Part shown: in pieces, positions 27,675-38,729 of the stretch
Numbering within the stretch: the stretch's first letter is position 1
How the letters are laid out: each line of letters opens with the position of its first letter
DNA from: Camelus dromedarius
Taxonomy: Eukaryota
Assembly (NCBI RefSeq): GCF_036321535.1
Contig: NC_087436.1
Location: 96,536,001 to 96,600,000 of the forward strand
Length of the DNA: 64,000 nt
Direction of reading: 5' to 3'
Notes under the pieces: model-generated
The model's input: the letters and a program-made list of their open reading frames with translations, nothing else
Database searches by the model: none
Told to the model about the DNA's origin: nothing
Program-made: the position numbers and the translations under genes

Positions 27675-28582
27675 ATGAGCAAGATGAAGAAGCAGAGAAA
27701 CCTTTCCCAATTAAAAGAACAAGAGAAATCCCCTGAAAGAAAGATCAACGAAATAGACATTGATAGCCTACTAGATCAAGATTTCAAAAAAGGAGTGATC
27801 GAATTGCTGAAGGAATTAAAAGAGATAGTGTTTGGAGATATAAAATATGTCAAAAATGAAATTGAAGCTATAAAGAAGAGCCAAGTAGAATGGGTAAACT
27901 CATTGACAGAGATGAGGAATGATCTAATAGCTGTGCAAAGCCGACTAGATAATGCAGAGGAACGAATTAGTGATCTAGAAGACAGGGCAATAGAAAGCAC
28001 CCATTCAGAAGAACTACAAGAGAAGCAAATAAAAAATAATGAAAATAGCATAAGGGACCTATGGGGTAATATAAAGTGTCCCAATCTTCGCATAATAGGG
28101 GTCCCAGAAGGAGAAGAAAGATCAAAGGGGATTGAAAAGGTTTTTGAAGAAATCATGACTGAAAACTTCCCAAACTTAAAGAAGGAATCAGATATCCAAG
28201 TACAGGAAGCTCACAGGGTCCCAAACAGGAAGAACCCAAATAGACCCACACCAAGACATATCATAATCAAGATGGCCAGAGTCAAGGATAAAGAAATGAT
28301 TCTAAAGGCAGCAAGAGAAAAGCAAAGAGTAAGTTACAAGGGAACCCCCATAAGGCTCTCAGCTGATTTCTCTACACAAACACTACAGGCCAGAAGGGAG
28401 TGGCAAGATCTATTCAAAGCCCTGAATGAAAAAAAGATGCAGCCTAGGATCCTTTATCCAGCAAGGCTATCCTTGAGGATAGAAGGAGAAGTAAAGAGTT
28501 TCACAGACAAAAAAAAAAAAAGCTGCAGGAGTTTAGCAACACTAAACCCATGCTAAAAGAAATATTGACAGGTCTACTCTAA
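27675..28582 (+). CDS. L1 ORF1p (RNA-binding chaperone), frameshifted near the C-terminus
   Basis: Coiled-coil region followed by NLRIIGVPE, RPTPRHIIIKM, AAREK, ARREW and YPARLS motifs. The 13-A run at 28509-28521 shifts the frame; correcting it gives ...KKLQEFSNTKPMLKEILTGLL* with the stop at 28580-28582. Confidence 0.93.
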
Positions 28583-28986
28583 ATAGAAAAGCAGCAGGAT
28601 GCTACAGAAATGAGAAACACACAACTGGAAAGGTGATAACTCATGAATTACAAATAAAGTAAACACAAAATTATAAAAGAAGACATACAAATCACTGAGA
28701 GTGGGAGAGGGAGGCAGGGAAATATAGAATATTTTTTTCTTTTTTTTTAAAATTTTTTTAACAGTAGGATGGGTTTGAGATCATGTTACTATCAGTTTAA
28801 TAAAAACAGTTATAGTAATGGGTTGATAGATTTACAAAAAAGGGTAACCACAAGCCAAAAGTTTACAAAGGAGTCACAAAAATTAAATAAAATCCATGAT
28901 AATACAAAGGAAAATTGCCAAATCACAAAAGGAAGAAGAAAGGAACAAAGAGGATATACCAATTCAACTGCAAAGATAAGTTCAAA

Positions 28987-31900
28987 ATGGCAATAAACAC
29001 ACATCTATCATTAATTACTGTAAATGTTAATGGACTAAATGCTCCAGTCAAAAGACACAGAGTGGCAGACTGGATAATAAAGCAAGAACCTTCAATATGC
29101 TGCATACAAGAGACCCACTTTAGGGAGAAGGACACATATAGATTGAGAGTGAAAGGATGGAAAAGGATATTCCATGCAAATGGAAAAGCCAAAAAAGCAG
29201 GTGTTGCAGTACTGATTTCAGACAAAATAGACTTTAAAACAAAGGCCATAAAGAAAGATAAAGAAGGACATTTTATAATGATTAAAGGAGTGACACAAGA
29301 TGAGGATATTACACGCGTTAATATATATGCACCCAATATAGGAGCACCTAAGTACATACAAGAATTACTAACAGAGATAAAGGGGGATATTGATGGGAAT
29401 ACAATCACAGTTGGAGATTTTAACACTGCATTAACATCACTAGACAGATCTTCCAGACAGAAAATAAACAAGGCAACAGAGAAATTAAATACTACAATAG
29501 AAAAACTAGATTTGGTGGATATTTTCAGAGCATTACACCCCCCAAAAATAGGATATACATTCTTTTCAAGTGCACATGGAACATTTTCCAGGATCGATCA
29601 TGTACTTGGGCACAAAAGAAACCTCAACAATTTTAAGAAGATAGAAATTATCTCAAGCATCTTTACTGACCACAATGCCATGAAACTGGAAATCAACAAC
29701 AGAAACAAAGGAGAAAAAAAGGAAAGCATGGAGATTAAACAATATGTTATTGAAAAATCAATGGATCAATGAGAAAATCAAAGCTGAAATTAAAAAATAC
29801 CTTGAGACAAATGATAATGAAAGCACAACCACTCAAAACCTATGGGACACAGCAAAGGCAGTGCTAAGAGGGAAGTTTATAGCGATACAGGCCTTCCTCA
29901 AAAAAGAAGAACAATCTCAAATAAACAATTTAACCCACCACCTGAATGAATTAGAAAAAGAAGAAGAAAAAGCCCCAAAAAGCAGCAGAAGGAAGGAAAT
30001 AATAAAGATCAGAGAGGAATTAAATACAATAGAGATTAACAAGACCATAGAAAAAAATCAACCAAACCAAAAGCTGGTTTTTTGAAAAAGTAAGTAAAAT
30101 CGACAAATGTCTGGCCAAACTCACAAAGAAGAAAAAAGAGAGAGCACAAATTAGCAAAATAAGAAAGGAAAATGGAGAAATTACAACAAACAAAATAGAA
30201 ATACAGAATATCATACGAGAATATTATGAAAAACTATATGGAACCAAACTGGATAACCTAGAGGAGATGGACAAGTTTCTGGAAACATACTGTCCACCAA
30301 AACTGAATCAAGAAGAATCTGAACACTTGAACAATCCGATCACTAGAAAGGAAATAGAAATAGCAATTAAAAACCTCCCTACAAGTAAAAGTCCAGGACC
30401 GGACGGCTTCACCGGGGAATTCTACCAAACATACAAAGAAGAACTCATACCAGTCCTTCTCAAACTCTTCCAGACGATTGAAAAGGAGGGAATACTCCCA
30501 AACTCATTCTATGAAGCCACCATCACCCTGATACCAAAACCAGGCAAAGACACTACAAAAAAAGAGAATTATAGGCCAATATCACTGATGAACATAGACG
30601 CCAAAATCCTCACCAAAATTTTAGGAAATAGAATCCAACAACACATAAAAAAGATTATACATCATGACCAAGTGGGGTTCATCCCAGGGACACAAGGCTG
30701 GTTCAACATACGCAAATCAATCAGTGTAATACATCACATCAACAAGAGAAAGGACAAAAACCACATGATCATCTCAATCGATGCAGAAGAAGCATTTGAT
30801 AAAATTCAACACCCATTTATGATAAAAATCTCGCCAAAGTGGGTATAGAGGGAACATATCTCAACATAATAAAAGCTATATATGACAAACCTACAGCCAG
30901 CATAGTACTCAACGGTGAAAAACTCAAAAGCTTCCCACTAAAATCTGGGACAAGACAAGGATGCCCACTATCACCACTCCTATTCAACATAGTCCTGGAA
31001 GTCCTAGCCACAGCAGTCAGGCAAGAGAAAGAAATAAAAGGGATCCAAATTGGAAAAGAAGAGGTAAAAGTGTCATTATATGCTGATGACATGTTACTAT
31101 ATGTAGAAAACCCTAAAAGGTCCACACAAAAGCTACTAGAGCTGATTGAAGAATTCAGCAAGGTAGCAGGTTACAAAATTAACGTTCAAAAATCAGTTGC
31201 ATTTCTTTACACTAACGATAAATCAACAGAAGAAAGTAAAGAAACAATCCCCTTTAAAATAGCACCCAAAGTAATAAAATATCTGGGAATAAATCTAACC
31301 AAGGAGGTGAAAGAATTATACACAGAAAACTATAAACCATTGATGAAGGAAATTAAAGAAGACTTTAAAAAGTGGAAAGATATTCCATGCTCTTGGATTG
31401 GAAGAATCAATATTGTTAAAATGGTCACACTGCCCAAGGCAATCTACAGATTTAATGCAATCCCTATCCAATTACCCAGGACATATTTCACAGAACTAGA
31501 AAAAATCATAATAAAATTCATATGGAACCATCAAAGACCTAGAATTGCCAAAGCATTACTGAAGAGAAAGAAAGAGGCTGGAGGAATAACTCTCCCAGAC
31601 TTCAGACAATACTATAGAGCTACAGTCATCAAGACAGCATGGTATTGGTACCAAAACAGACATATAGACCAATGGAACAGAATAGAGAGCCCAGAAATGA
31701 ACCCACAAACTTTTGGTCAACTCATCTTTGACAAAGGAGGCAAGAATATACATTGGAATAAAGACAGTCTCTTCAGCAAATGGTGTTGGGAAAACTGGAC
31801 AGCAGCATGTAAAACAATGAAGCTAGAACACTCCCTTACACCATATACAAAAATCAACTCAAAATGGATCAAAGACTTAAACATAAGACAAGATACAATA

Positions 31901-32779
31901 AACCTCCTAGAGGAAAACATAGGCAAAACTTTATCTGACATACATCTCAAGAATTTTCTCCTAGAAGAAATAAAAGCAAGAATAAACAAATGGGACCTAA
32001 TGAAACTTACAAGCTTCTGCACAGCAAAGGAAACCAGAAGTAAAACAAGAAGAAAACCTACGGAATGGGAGAAAATTTTTGCAAGTGAAACCGACAAAGG
32101 CTCGATCTCCAGAATATATAAGCAGCTCATACGACTCAATAAGAAAAAAATAAACAACCCAATCCAAAAATGGGCAGAAGACCTAAACAAGCAATTCTCC
32201 AAGGAAGACATACAAATGATCAAAAAGCACATGAAAAAATGCTCAGTATCACTAATTATCAGAGAAATGCAAATCAAAACTACAATGAGGTATCACCTCA
32301 CACCAGTCAGAATGGTCGTCATTCAAAAATCCACAAATGACAAATGCTGGAGAGGCTGTGGAGAAAGGGGAACCCTCCTACACTGCTGGTGGGAATGCAG
32401 TTTGGTGCAGCTACTATGGAAGACAGTGTGGAGATTCCTTAAAAGACTAGGAATAGACTTACCATATGACCCAGGAATCCCACTCCTGGGCTTGTATCCA
32501 GAAGGAAATCTACTTCAGGATGACACCTGCACCCCAATGTTCATAGCAGCACTATTTACAATAGCCAAAACATGGAAACAGCCTAAATGTCCATCAACAG
32601 GTGACTGGATAAAGAAGATGTGGTATATTTATACAATGGAATACTACTCAGCCATAAAAACCGACAACATAATGCCATTTGCAGCAACATGGATGCTCCT
32701 GGAGAATGTCATTCTAAGTGAAGTAAGCCAGAAAGAGAAAGAAAAATACCATATGAGATCGCTCATATGTGGAATCTAA
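28987..32779 (+). CDS. L1 ORF2p (endonuclease / reverse transcriptase), three frameshifts
   Basis: ATG at 28987 ([18 protein letters not shown]). APE endonuclease motifs QET, GDFN, SRIDH and [14 protein letters not shown]-box-like motif; [14 protein letters not shown] at 31079-31090; C-terminal [18 protein letters not shown]. Frameshifts at ~29701-29725, 30051-30057 and ~30825-30830. Confidence 0.95.
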
Positions 32780-33118
32780 AAAACAAAAACAAAAACAAAC
32801 AAACAAACAAAAACAAAGCATAAATAAAGGACAGAAATAGACTCACAGACAGAGAATACAGACTTGTGGTTACCAGGGGGGTGGAGGGTGGGAAGGGATA
32901 GCCTGGGATTCAAAATTGTAGAATAGACTACACTGTATAGCACAGGGAAATATACACAAAATGTTATGATAACTCACAGAGAAAAAAATGTGACAATGAG
33001 TGTGTATATGTCCATGAATAACTGAAAAATTGTGCTGAACACTGGAATTTGACACAACATTGTAAAATGATTATAAATCAATAAAAAATGTTAAAAAGAA
33101 AGAAAGAAAGAAAGAAAG

Positions 33119-33315
33119 TCTCTAGAGCAACTCTTCTAGTGGATTGGAATCCTATATAATGTAATCTAATCATAGAAATAGCATATATCACCTTTGTTAT
33201 ATTCTATTGCTAAGGTACAGATCCTGCCCACATTCAAGAGTAGGGAATTTATACACAGGTATGAACTTCAGGAAGTAAGAACCATGAAGGGCCACCCTAA
33301 AGTCTATCCACTACA
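33119..33315. mobile_element. MLT1 (MaLR) LTR, right part
   Basis: ATCACCTTTGTTATATTCTATTG...CCTGCCCACATTCAAG...GGGCCACCCTAAAGTCTATCCACTACA is a typical MLT1 terminus and resumes right after the L1 TSD. Confidence 0.75.
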
Positions 33316-33379
33316 CATTCATATTAATGGCTATTAATAACTCTGATCATTGGATGGACTATCAATATAGTCCACTGAA

Positions 33380-33600
33380 GAAACATGGGCTTTGCAGCCA
33401 GGTAGAACCAGGATTGAAACCTGGCTCCAGCACTAACTTCCTGTGTGTTCTTGGGTAAGACAGTTACTATCTCTGTATCTTGGTTTCTTCATCTGCAAAG
33501 TGCATAGAGTTTTTGAGAAAATAAAATCAAATGAGATAATGTATGCAAAGTGCTTATCATAGCATGTAGCATGGAATGAATGTTCAATAACAAGTTATGC
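33380..33600 (+). mobile_element. MIR SINE
   Basis: GGGCTTTGCAGCCAG...TTCCTGTGTGTTCTTGGGTAAG...GTTTCTTCATCTGCAAAGTG...AAATGAGATAATGTATGCAAAGTGCTT. Confidence 0.85.
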
Positions 33601-33689
33601 ATAAGAGTAATGGTTGTAATAGCAGTATTGGTGGTGAAAATAATAATTCTCCTACCATTGACTGGTTGATAAAATAGAAGCATTTTTTC

Positions 33690-33970
33690 CTTTCCCCTTC
33701 AGCATATGTTAAAATATATTTGGTATATATTTCATATTTATTCTTTGCATGTAACAAATATAATAAAAATTGTAATTCTAAGATTCACCAATTTGTTGTG
33801 TGCATTTGTAGTCCATTAATTCCTGCTTTGGTATACTATTACACTGTGTGATTATATTTACCACAGTACATTTATCTATTCACAAAATGCTTATGCATTT
33901 TCTGGTCAATGGCTATTTGGTTTGTTTCCAGATTTTTTTAACCTCTTATTAACAGTGCTGCTATTAACAG
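33690..33970 (-). mobile_element. L1ME-like 3' fragment
   Basis: AGATTCACC...TTGTAGTCCATT...ATTTGGTTTGTTTCCAG...AACAGTGCTGCTATTAACA. Confidence 0.6.
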
Positions 33971-34059
33971 CAAGGAAACAACACATACAATGGATGTGTG
34001 CTCAGACCTCAAGAGCTTGTTATCACTTTCTCTAGTACAAACCCTTTGAAAATGGAAAT

Positions 34060-34780
34060 TCATTCACTGAATATGTATTAAGCATCAAGAAAAGCACTAT
34101 ATGCTACCAGAGAAAAAACAGTGCTTTTAAGAACTAAGAGTTTAATGGGGGAAACAGGCAGATTTAAAAAAGTGATTGGATAGGGGGTCAAGTCCTGCAC
34201 TGGTATGGTGACCAGCCATCCTGGTTTTAACACTGAAAGTCCCACCTCTAGCAACCCTTCAGTCCCAGGCAAACTTGCGACTTGAGGTATGAGACATGTC
34301 TTTAAGGACATTCACGATACTATTTTCAGAATGGAGCATGCATAACGGGTGCTAGTCAGCAAACAATAGATGTCAGCAGAAGGGACAGCTATCCTAATAG
34401 GATAGGGCCTAAGTCAGTCAGAGATTTCCCAGGAAAGGTAATTTATGAATCAGAAGTGGGGAAGACAAATAATATTATTGGGGTAAAAAAGATAACCACA
34501 AAAAGTATTCTGGGCAAAGGAAGTACTGGGAGCAAGGAAATGTTAAGCAGTATTTAAATGCAGGGAATCAATAGTTCATATTGTGAGAACATAGACTGTG
34601 TACAGGAAAGAGGCAAGAGATGCAGATAGAGCAGTCAGCAGTAGTCACAGTGACAAGACATGTATGTTGTGCTAAGTAAGGACTCTGGACTGGTGAATAG
34701 GATCAAGTGGTAGAGCTGGGGTGTAAGATCAGATCTGTCTTTAAGACACATCACTGTAACAGGGTGGAGGTGGACTGAGC
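34060..34780 (-). mobile_element. L2 fragment with a nested MER81-like hAT MITE (~34203-34290)
   Basis: L2 end CATTCACTGAATATGTATTAAGCA; MER81-like GGTGACCAGCCATCCTGGTTTTAACACTGAAAGTCCC...CAGTCCCAGGCAAAC. Confidence 0.65.
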
Positions 34781-35960
34781 TGGGTTGTTGGTGTGTTACA
34801 GTTTTTATTTCCCCATAGATTCCCTAGAGCGTACCTTGTTCGACGTTTGAATTGAAATTAGCAATAAAAGCAAAACAAAGGAAGAGAACAATGACAACAA
34901 AGACCCATACTGCCAGAAAGCCTTAGTCTCTTTTTGGCAGACAGGTGAAACAGGCATGTATACATATATTTTTTCTTTTTCCAATTATGTTTTGATAAAC
35001 CTAGTTAAGTAATACTCTGGGCTCAAATTTTAAAAGTTACTTTCATATTCACTCAGCATATTGTAGAAGATAAAATGAAAACAACAATCTTGCCCACAAA
35101 GCACATATCTATAGGCAAATACCGAAAATGGCCTTAGCCATCAAATGTGCCAGTGGCACCAGAATCCAGGAACCTACTATTCTTGAACCTGTAGAAGCCA
35201 GTGTTTCTTTTAGGAGGATGGATGCTGGTGTGGCTTGTAGGCACTGTGAAGATTTTACTAATCATCTGGCATTCACAGTACCAAGAGAATCTGGCAAGGT
35301 CCTCGACAAGGCCTGACTCAGACGGGGAAAAATCTCACAAAAATTTCATAAAACCCATCACTTTATTATCTTCTAGAGTCTCCTTCCAATTCCTCCTCTT
35401 TCCATCACCATGACAATACCTATTAACAATGAGCCCGAAAAGAGATTTCTGGAATTTATCTTGCCTGCAGTCCCTATTTCATCCTCTGCTTTACAACTAC
35501 ATAGGACATACCCAACTCCAAACTATCCCACATCAACATCATACAATCTCAATGACCCCAACTTTATGTGCCAGATTGGTGAAACAATCTTGCCCTCTCC
35601 TTACCTTTACCTTGCTCACAGAGGCTGAAGCTGGCTGGACAGAGATATAAACATGGACTCAAAAAGTAGCCTAAATCACCTTCTAAAGTTATTAACTGGG
35701 AAGAAATGAAATCCTCTAGGTAGGCCTGCAGTCTCTTGGCTTAACAGAGAAAGGGAACAGAAGCAATTTTCTACTGTCTCAATTCACTCTGCTTCTGTTG
35801 AATATTAGTTCTTTGGAATACTGGACTTCTGCAAACTTAACATATTTAATATTTTAATGTTAGCTCACAGTGAAAAAAAATGTGACAATAAAATGGGTTG
35901 AATTCTTGATCAAAGAATAGAAAATATCTGGTATATTTGCAAATGCTTTACATTCATTTT

Positions 35961-35995
35961 ATGTATACACTGTATGTATACACTGTATGTATACA
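35961..35995. repeat. 13-bp tandem repeat, ~2.7 copies
   Basis: ATGTATACACTGT ATGTATACACTGT ATGTATACA. Confidence 0.85.
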
Positions 35996-37353
35996 ATATA
36001 CGCTAAAGCAAGATGACTGTTGACCAACCAGAGGAGCGCATTCACCGCCCGGTGAGTACTGCCTCATGTGGGATAGCCCTCCCTTTCCTAAGGATACTGC
36101 CACAGGATGAAACATGTGGAACTTAACCACAGAGTGTTTCAGAGCCTAGTTCTGCATGTTAATAATGAAAAAGCTTAATATCTCAAAGGAGGGTTTGGTA
36201 TTTACGAACAACCAATGATCATTCATTCAAAGCAATTTTAATTGAAAACAGGTGACTGTTGGGAAAGAACTCTATGTGGGGCTGATATGGAAATGAGAGT
36301 TTGAAATAAAAATGATTATCATATTTCACTTTTAAACCATCTCTGAAAGTAATTACCAAAAGTGAACTGCATGTAAATTTTGACCAATGATGGTAGTATA
36401 GGAATGAACACAGTATGTCTCAAGTGACTCTTTCTAAAAGACAATACTTAACATATAACCCAGGTCTATATGCTGGAAGTATATTTAATTACTTCATAGG
36501 TACTTCTGTGCTCTGTTGGCCATAGTGTTCTGTGTTGTTCTGCTTGCTTTCTCATGAGGATCATATACACAATCTAGCAGCAGTCCTTTTTATCAAGGAA
36601 ATTATACTCCACATGTTCAAAGGTCAAGAAATGAGTAGAACAGTGTAAACTTGTTTTAAAGAGAATAGCTAAATTACCATATAATTGAGTGATTTAGAAT
36701 CTGAATTAAGGTTTGTTACATTGGCATTTATGAGCTTGGGAGATTTTACATAATTGCTTTATAACTGTGATTCTTACATTCTAAAATGAAGGAAATATGA
36801 TAGATTTTATTATAGTCACCTTCACGAAAGGTACATTTTCTTACTCCTTTTTTTTTTCCACTATTTTTAAGGCCATCATAAAACTTAATTGCCTTTACTT
36901 TATGCTAAGAACCCCTGGGTATTACTATATTTGGAAAATTGAGAAGTCTATTCTTTTTCTATTTTTGTATATTATAATTACATTGGTTTTAAACTTGTTA
37001 ATAATGAAAATATTTTTAAAAAGTAAATATAAATTTGTTTCAGCAATATGCCTTCTGTGAACAAAGCATTTGGCAATAAATTATTAATAAAATATTCATA
37101 TAGTGTTGTGTAAAATTAACAGAAGTCTTTCAGATGACTTTTCTAATTTTATCCTAATTGTATTGCTATTATAATCTCTACTTTAAAGTTAAGGAAAATA
37201 ATGCTTGACAAAGTTCAATGACTCTGTGGGTCACAAGGACAGTTCATGATGGAGTCTAGACTAGAACCAGGTACAGTTCTGGATGTTGGCTTCTGTTTTG
37301 CAGCATTCTTCATTGACCCCATCTATATCCATAGCTGCTTCCTGTATCCTTCC

Positions 37354-37921
37354 TGCCACAACTCTGAGTTAATAAACTAAAGACAAGCCAAGCTTGAAAG
37401 TTATTTTTCATTTACTCCCTGCCTTTGTCCAGTAAAGCCTATTAACAATTCTCAGGAAATTAAAAATAGAACCTGGGTAATACAATAAAATCTAACCTTT
37501 TTTCCCCCTTTCTTTTGTGCTTAGTCTAGTGTCACTTGCTCATAGGGTACTGTTTGCAGAGGCCTTGCCCCCAGTGCCTCAGAACAGAGTTCCCGGTGTG
37601 AAATGGCGGCGCCGACACATCACCTCTGGGCAGTGTGCAGAGATGCTGTGTCCTGCACTGTAATCTAGAGTGTGAGTTCCAGCTGTACCCTACCCCTGAG
37701 AACTCCGCCCCCCTCCCTATTGATGAGAACTCCATAAAGCAGCCCCACCAACCACCTGTCAGGGAGAGCGTAGACTCTAGGACACGAGCTAGCACCTCTC
37801 CATTCTTTGATCAAAGAATAAAGCTTTCCTCTGCTTCTGGACCAAACCTGGTCTCGTTCTATTGGCTCAAACAACACAAGGCAGAAGGACATTTGTTGGG
37901 GGCCTACTAGGGAGGGTATCA
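37354..37921 (+). mobile_element. Young ERV solo LTR (~568 bp), probably lineage-specific
   Basis: TG...CA termini, flanks CTTCC/CCTCC (5-bp TSD with 1 mismatch), retained CpGs, GC box CCGCCC, CATAAAG TATA-like box at ~37733, AATAAA at 37817-37822. Confidence 0.7.
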
Positions 37922-38214
37922 CCTCCACCCCAAAAATACTTGACATGATTTTCAATGTATATTAAAAAAAATAGAAGCCAGAAAACTGGGTGGAGTAGGA
38001 AAAATAAGATGAAGCTAGTGGTTACACTGGTGTAAGATACATGTGCTAATGCTAAAGCTGTTCTGTCTCATGAACTTGACAGAGTTGGGGTAGGAAATCA
38101 ACTTCTGAGCTTTCTAGCAATCACTGAAGATCAAGTTATAGTCCCTTTAACAATTTCCAGCACTTATAAGATGGAAACAAACCAGGGACTGGGGAGAAAC
38201 ACAGGTATCTTTGG

Positions 38215-38729
38215 GAGTAAAAACTGAAAAAAAAAAAAATTCCCTTTGGAAATGAGGACATAAAATGACCCCGCTTACAATCAGTGATGGTCCTAACCTA
38301 AACCAAGCACCCTTTCATTGGATGTAGACAAGGCCAGAGGAAACTTTCTATCCAAATACAGACAAGGCTCTCCTGAAATCATAAAATGACTATTGTTTCC
38401 TTTTTCAATGGTCTCTGCTTCCTTCCATTGACAGTATAACCCTTGTTTAAACTATCTAGCTTCTGGAAAAAAGTCACTGAGATACTCCATCACTGAATTG
38501 TTTCTGCTTCTTGATAGCATCCAACCCATCTCCCTAATCTATCTTCAGAATTGTCTAGCACTAGCCCAAACCCTGTAAGAAGCCTCTCCCAGCTTCCCTT
38601 TACTAAGATGCTCCTTATGGTCCCCTGGGGGTCTTCTCCCTTGCTATAGCAGACTAAATAAAACAATTTCATACATTTGTGTGATTACAGATGTTTTGCT
38701 GGTATCAGTTGATTGGTGAGTTTTAACAG
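38215..38729 (+). mobile_element. MER67-like ERV1 LTR
   Basis: CCCTTTACTAAGATGCTCCTTATGGTCCCC...TCTCCCTTGCTATAGC...AATAAA...TTACAGATGTTTTGCTGGT...TTTTAACA. The 5' boundary is uncertain. Confidence 0.6.

Larger units (their letters stand above)
26003..33105 (+). mobile_element. Full-length young LINE-1 (probably camelid lineage-specific)
   Basis: GC/CpG-rich 5' UTR starting AGGGAGAAGATGGCGG, ORF1, spacer, ORF2, 3' UTR with G-rich tract (32875-32898), AATAAA at 33080-33085 and A-rich tail. Flanked by direct repeat GAAAGAAAGAAAG (25990-26002 and 33106-33118). Confidence 0.97.

Noticed and set aside
27776..32277. Antisense ORFs within L1 ORF1/ORF2
   Set aside because: These are the usual shadow ORFs on the strand opposite A-rich L1 coding sequence.
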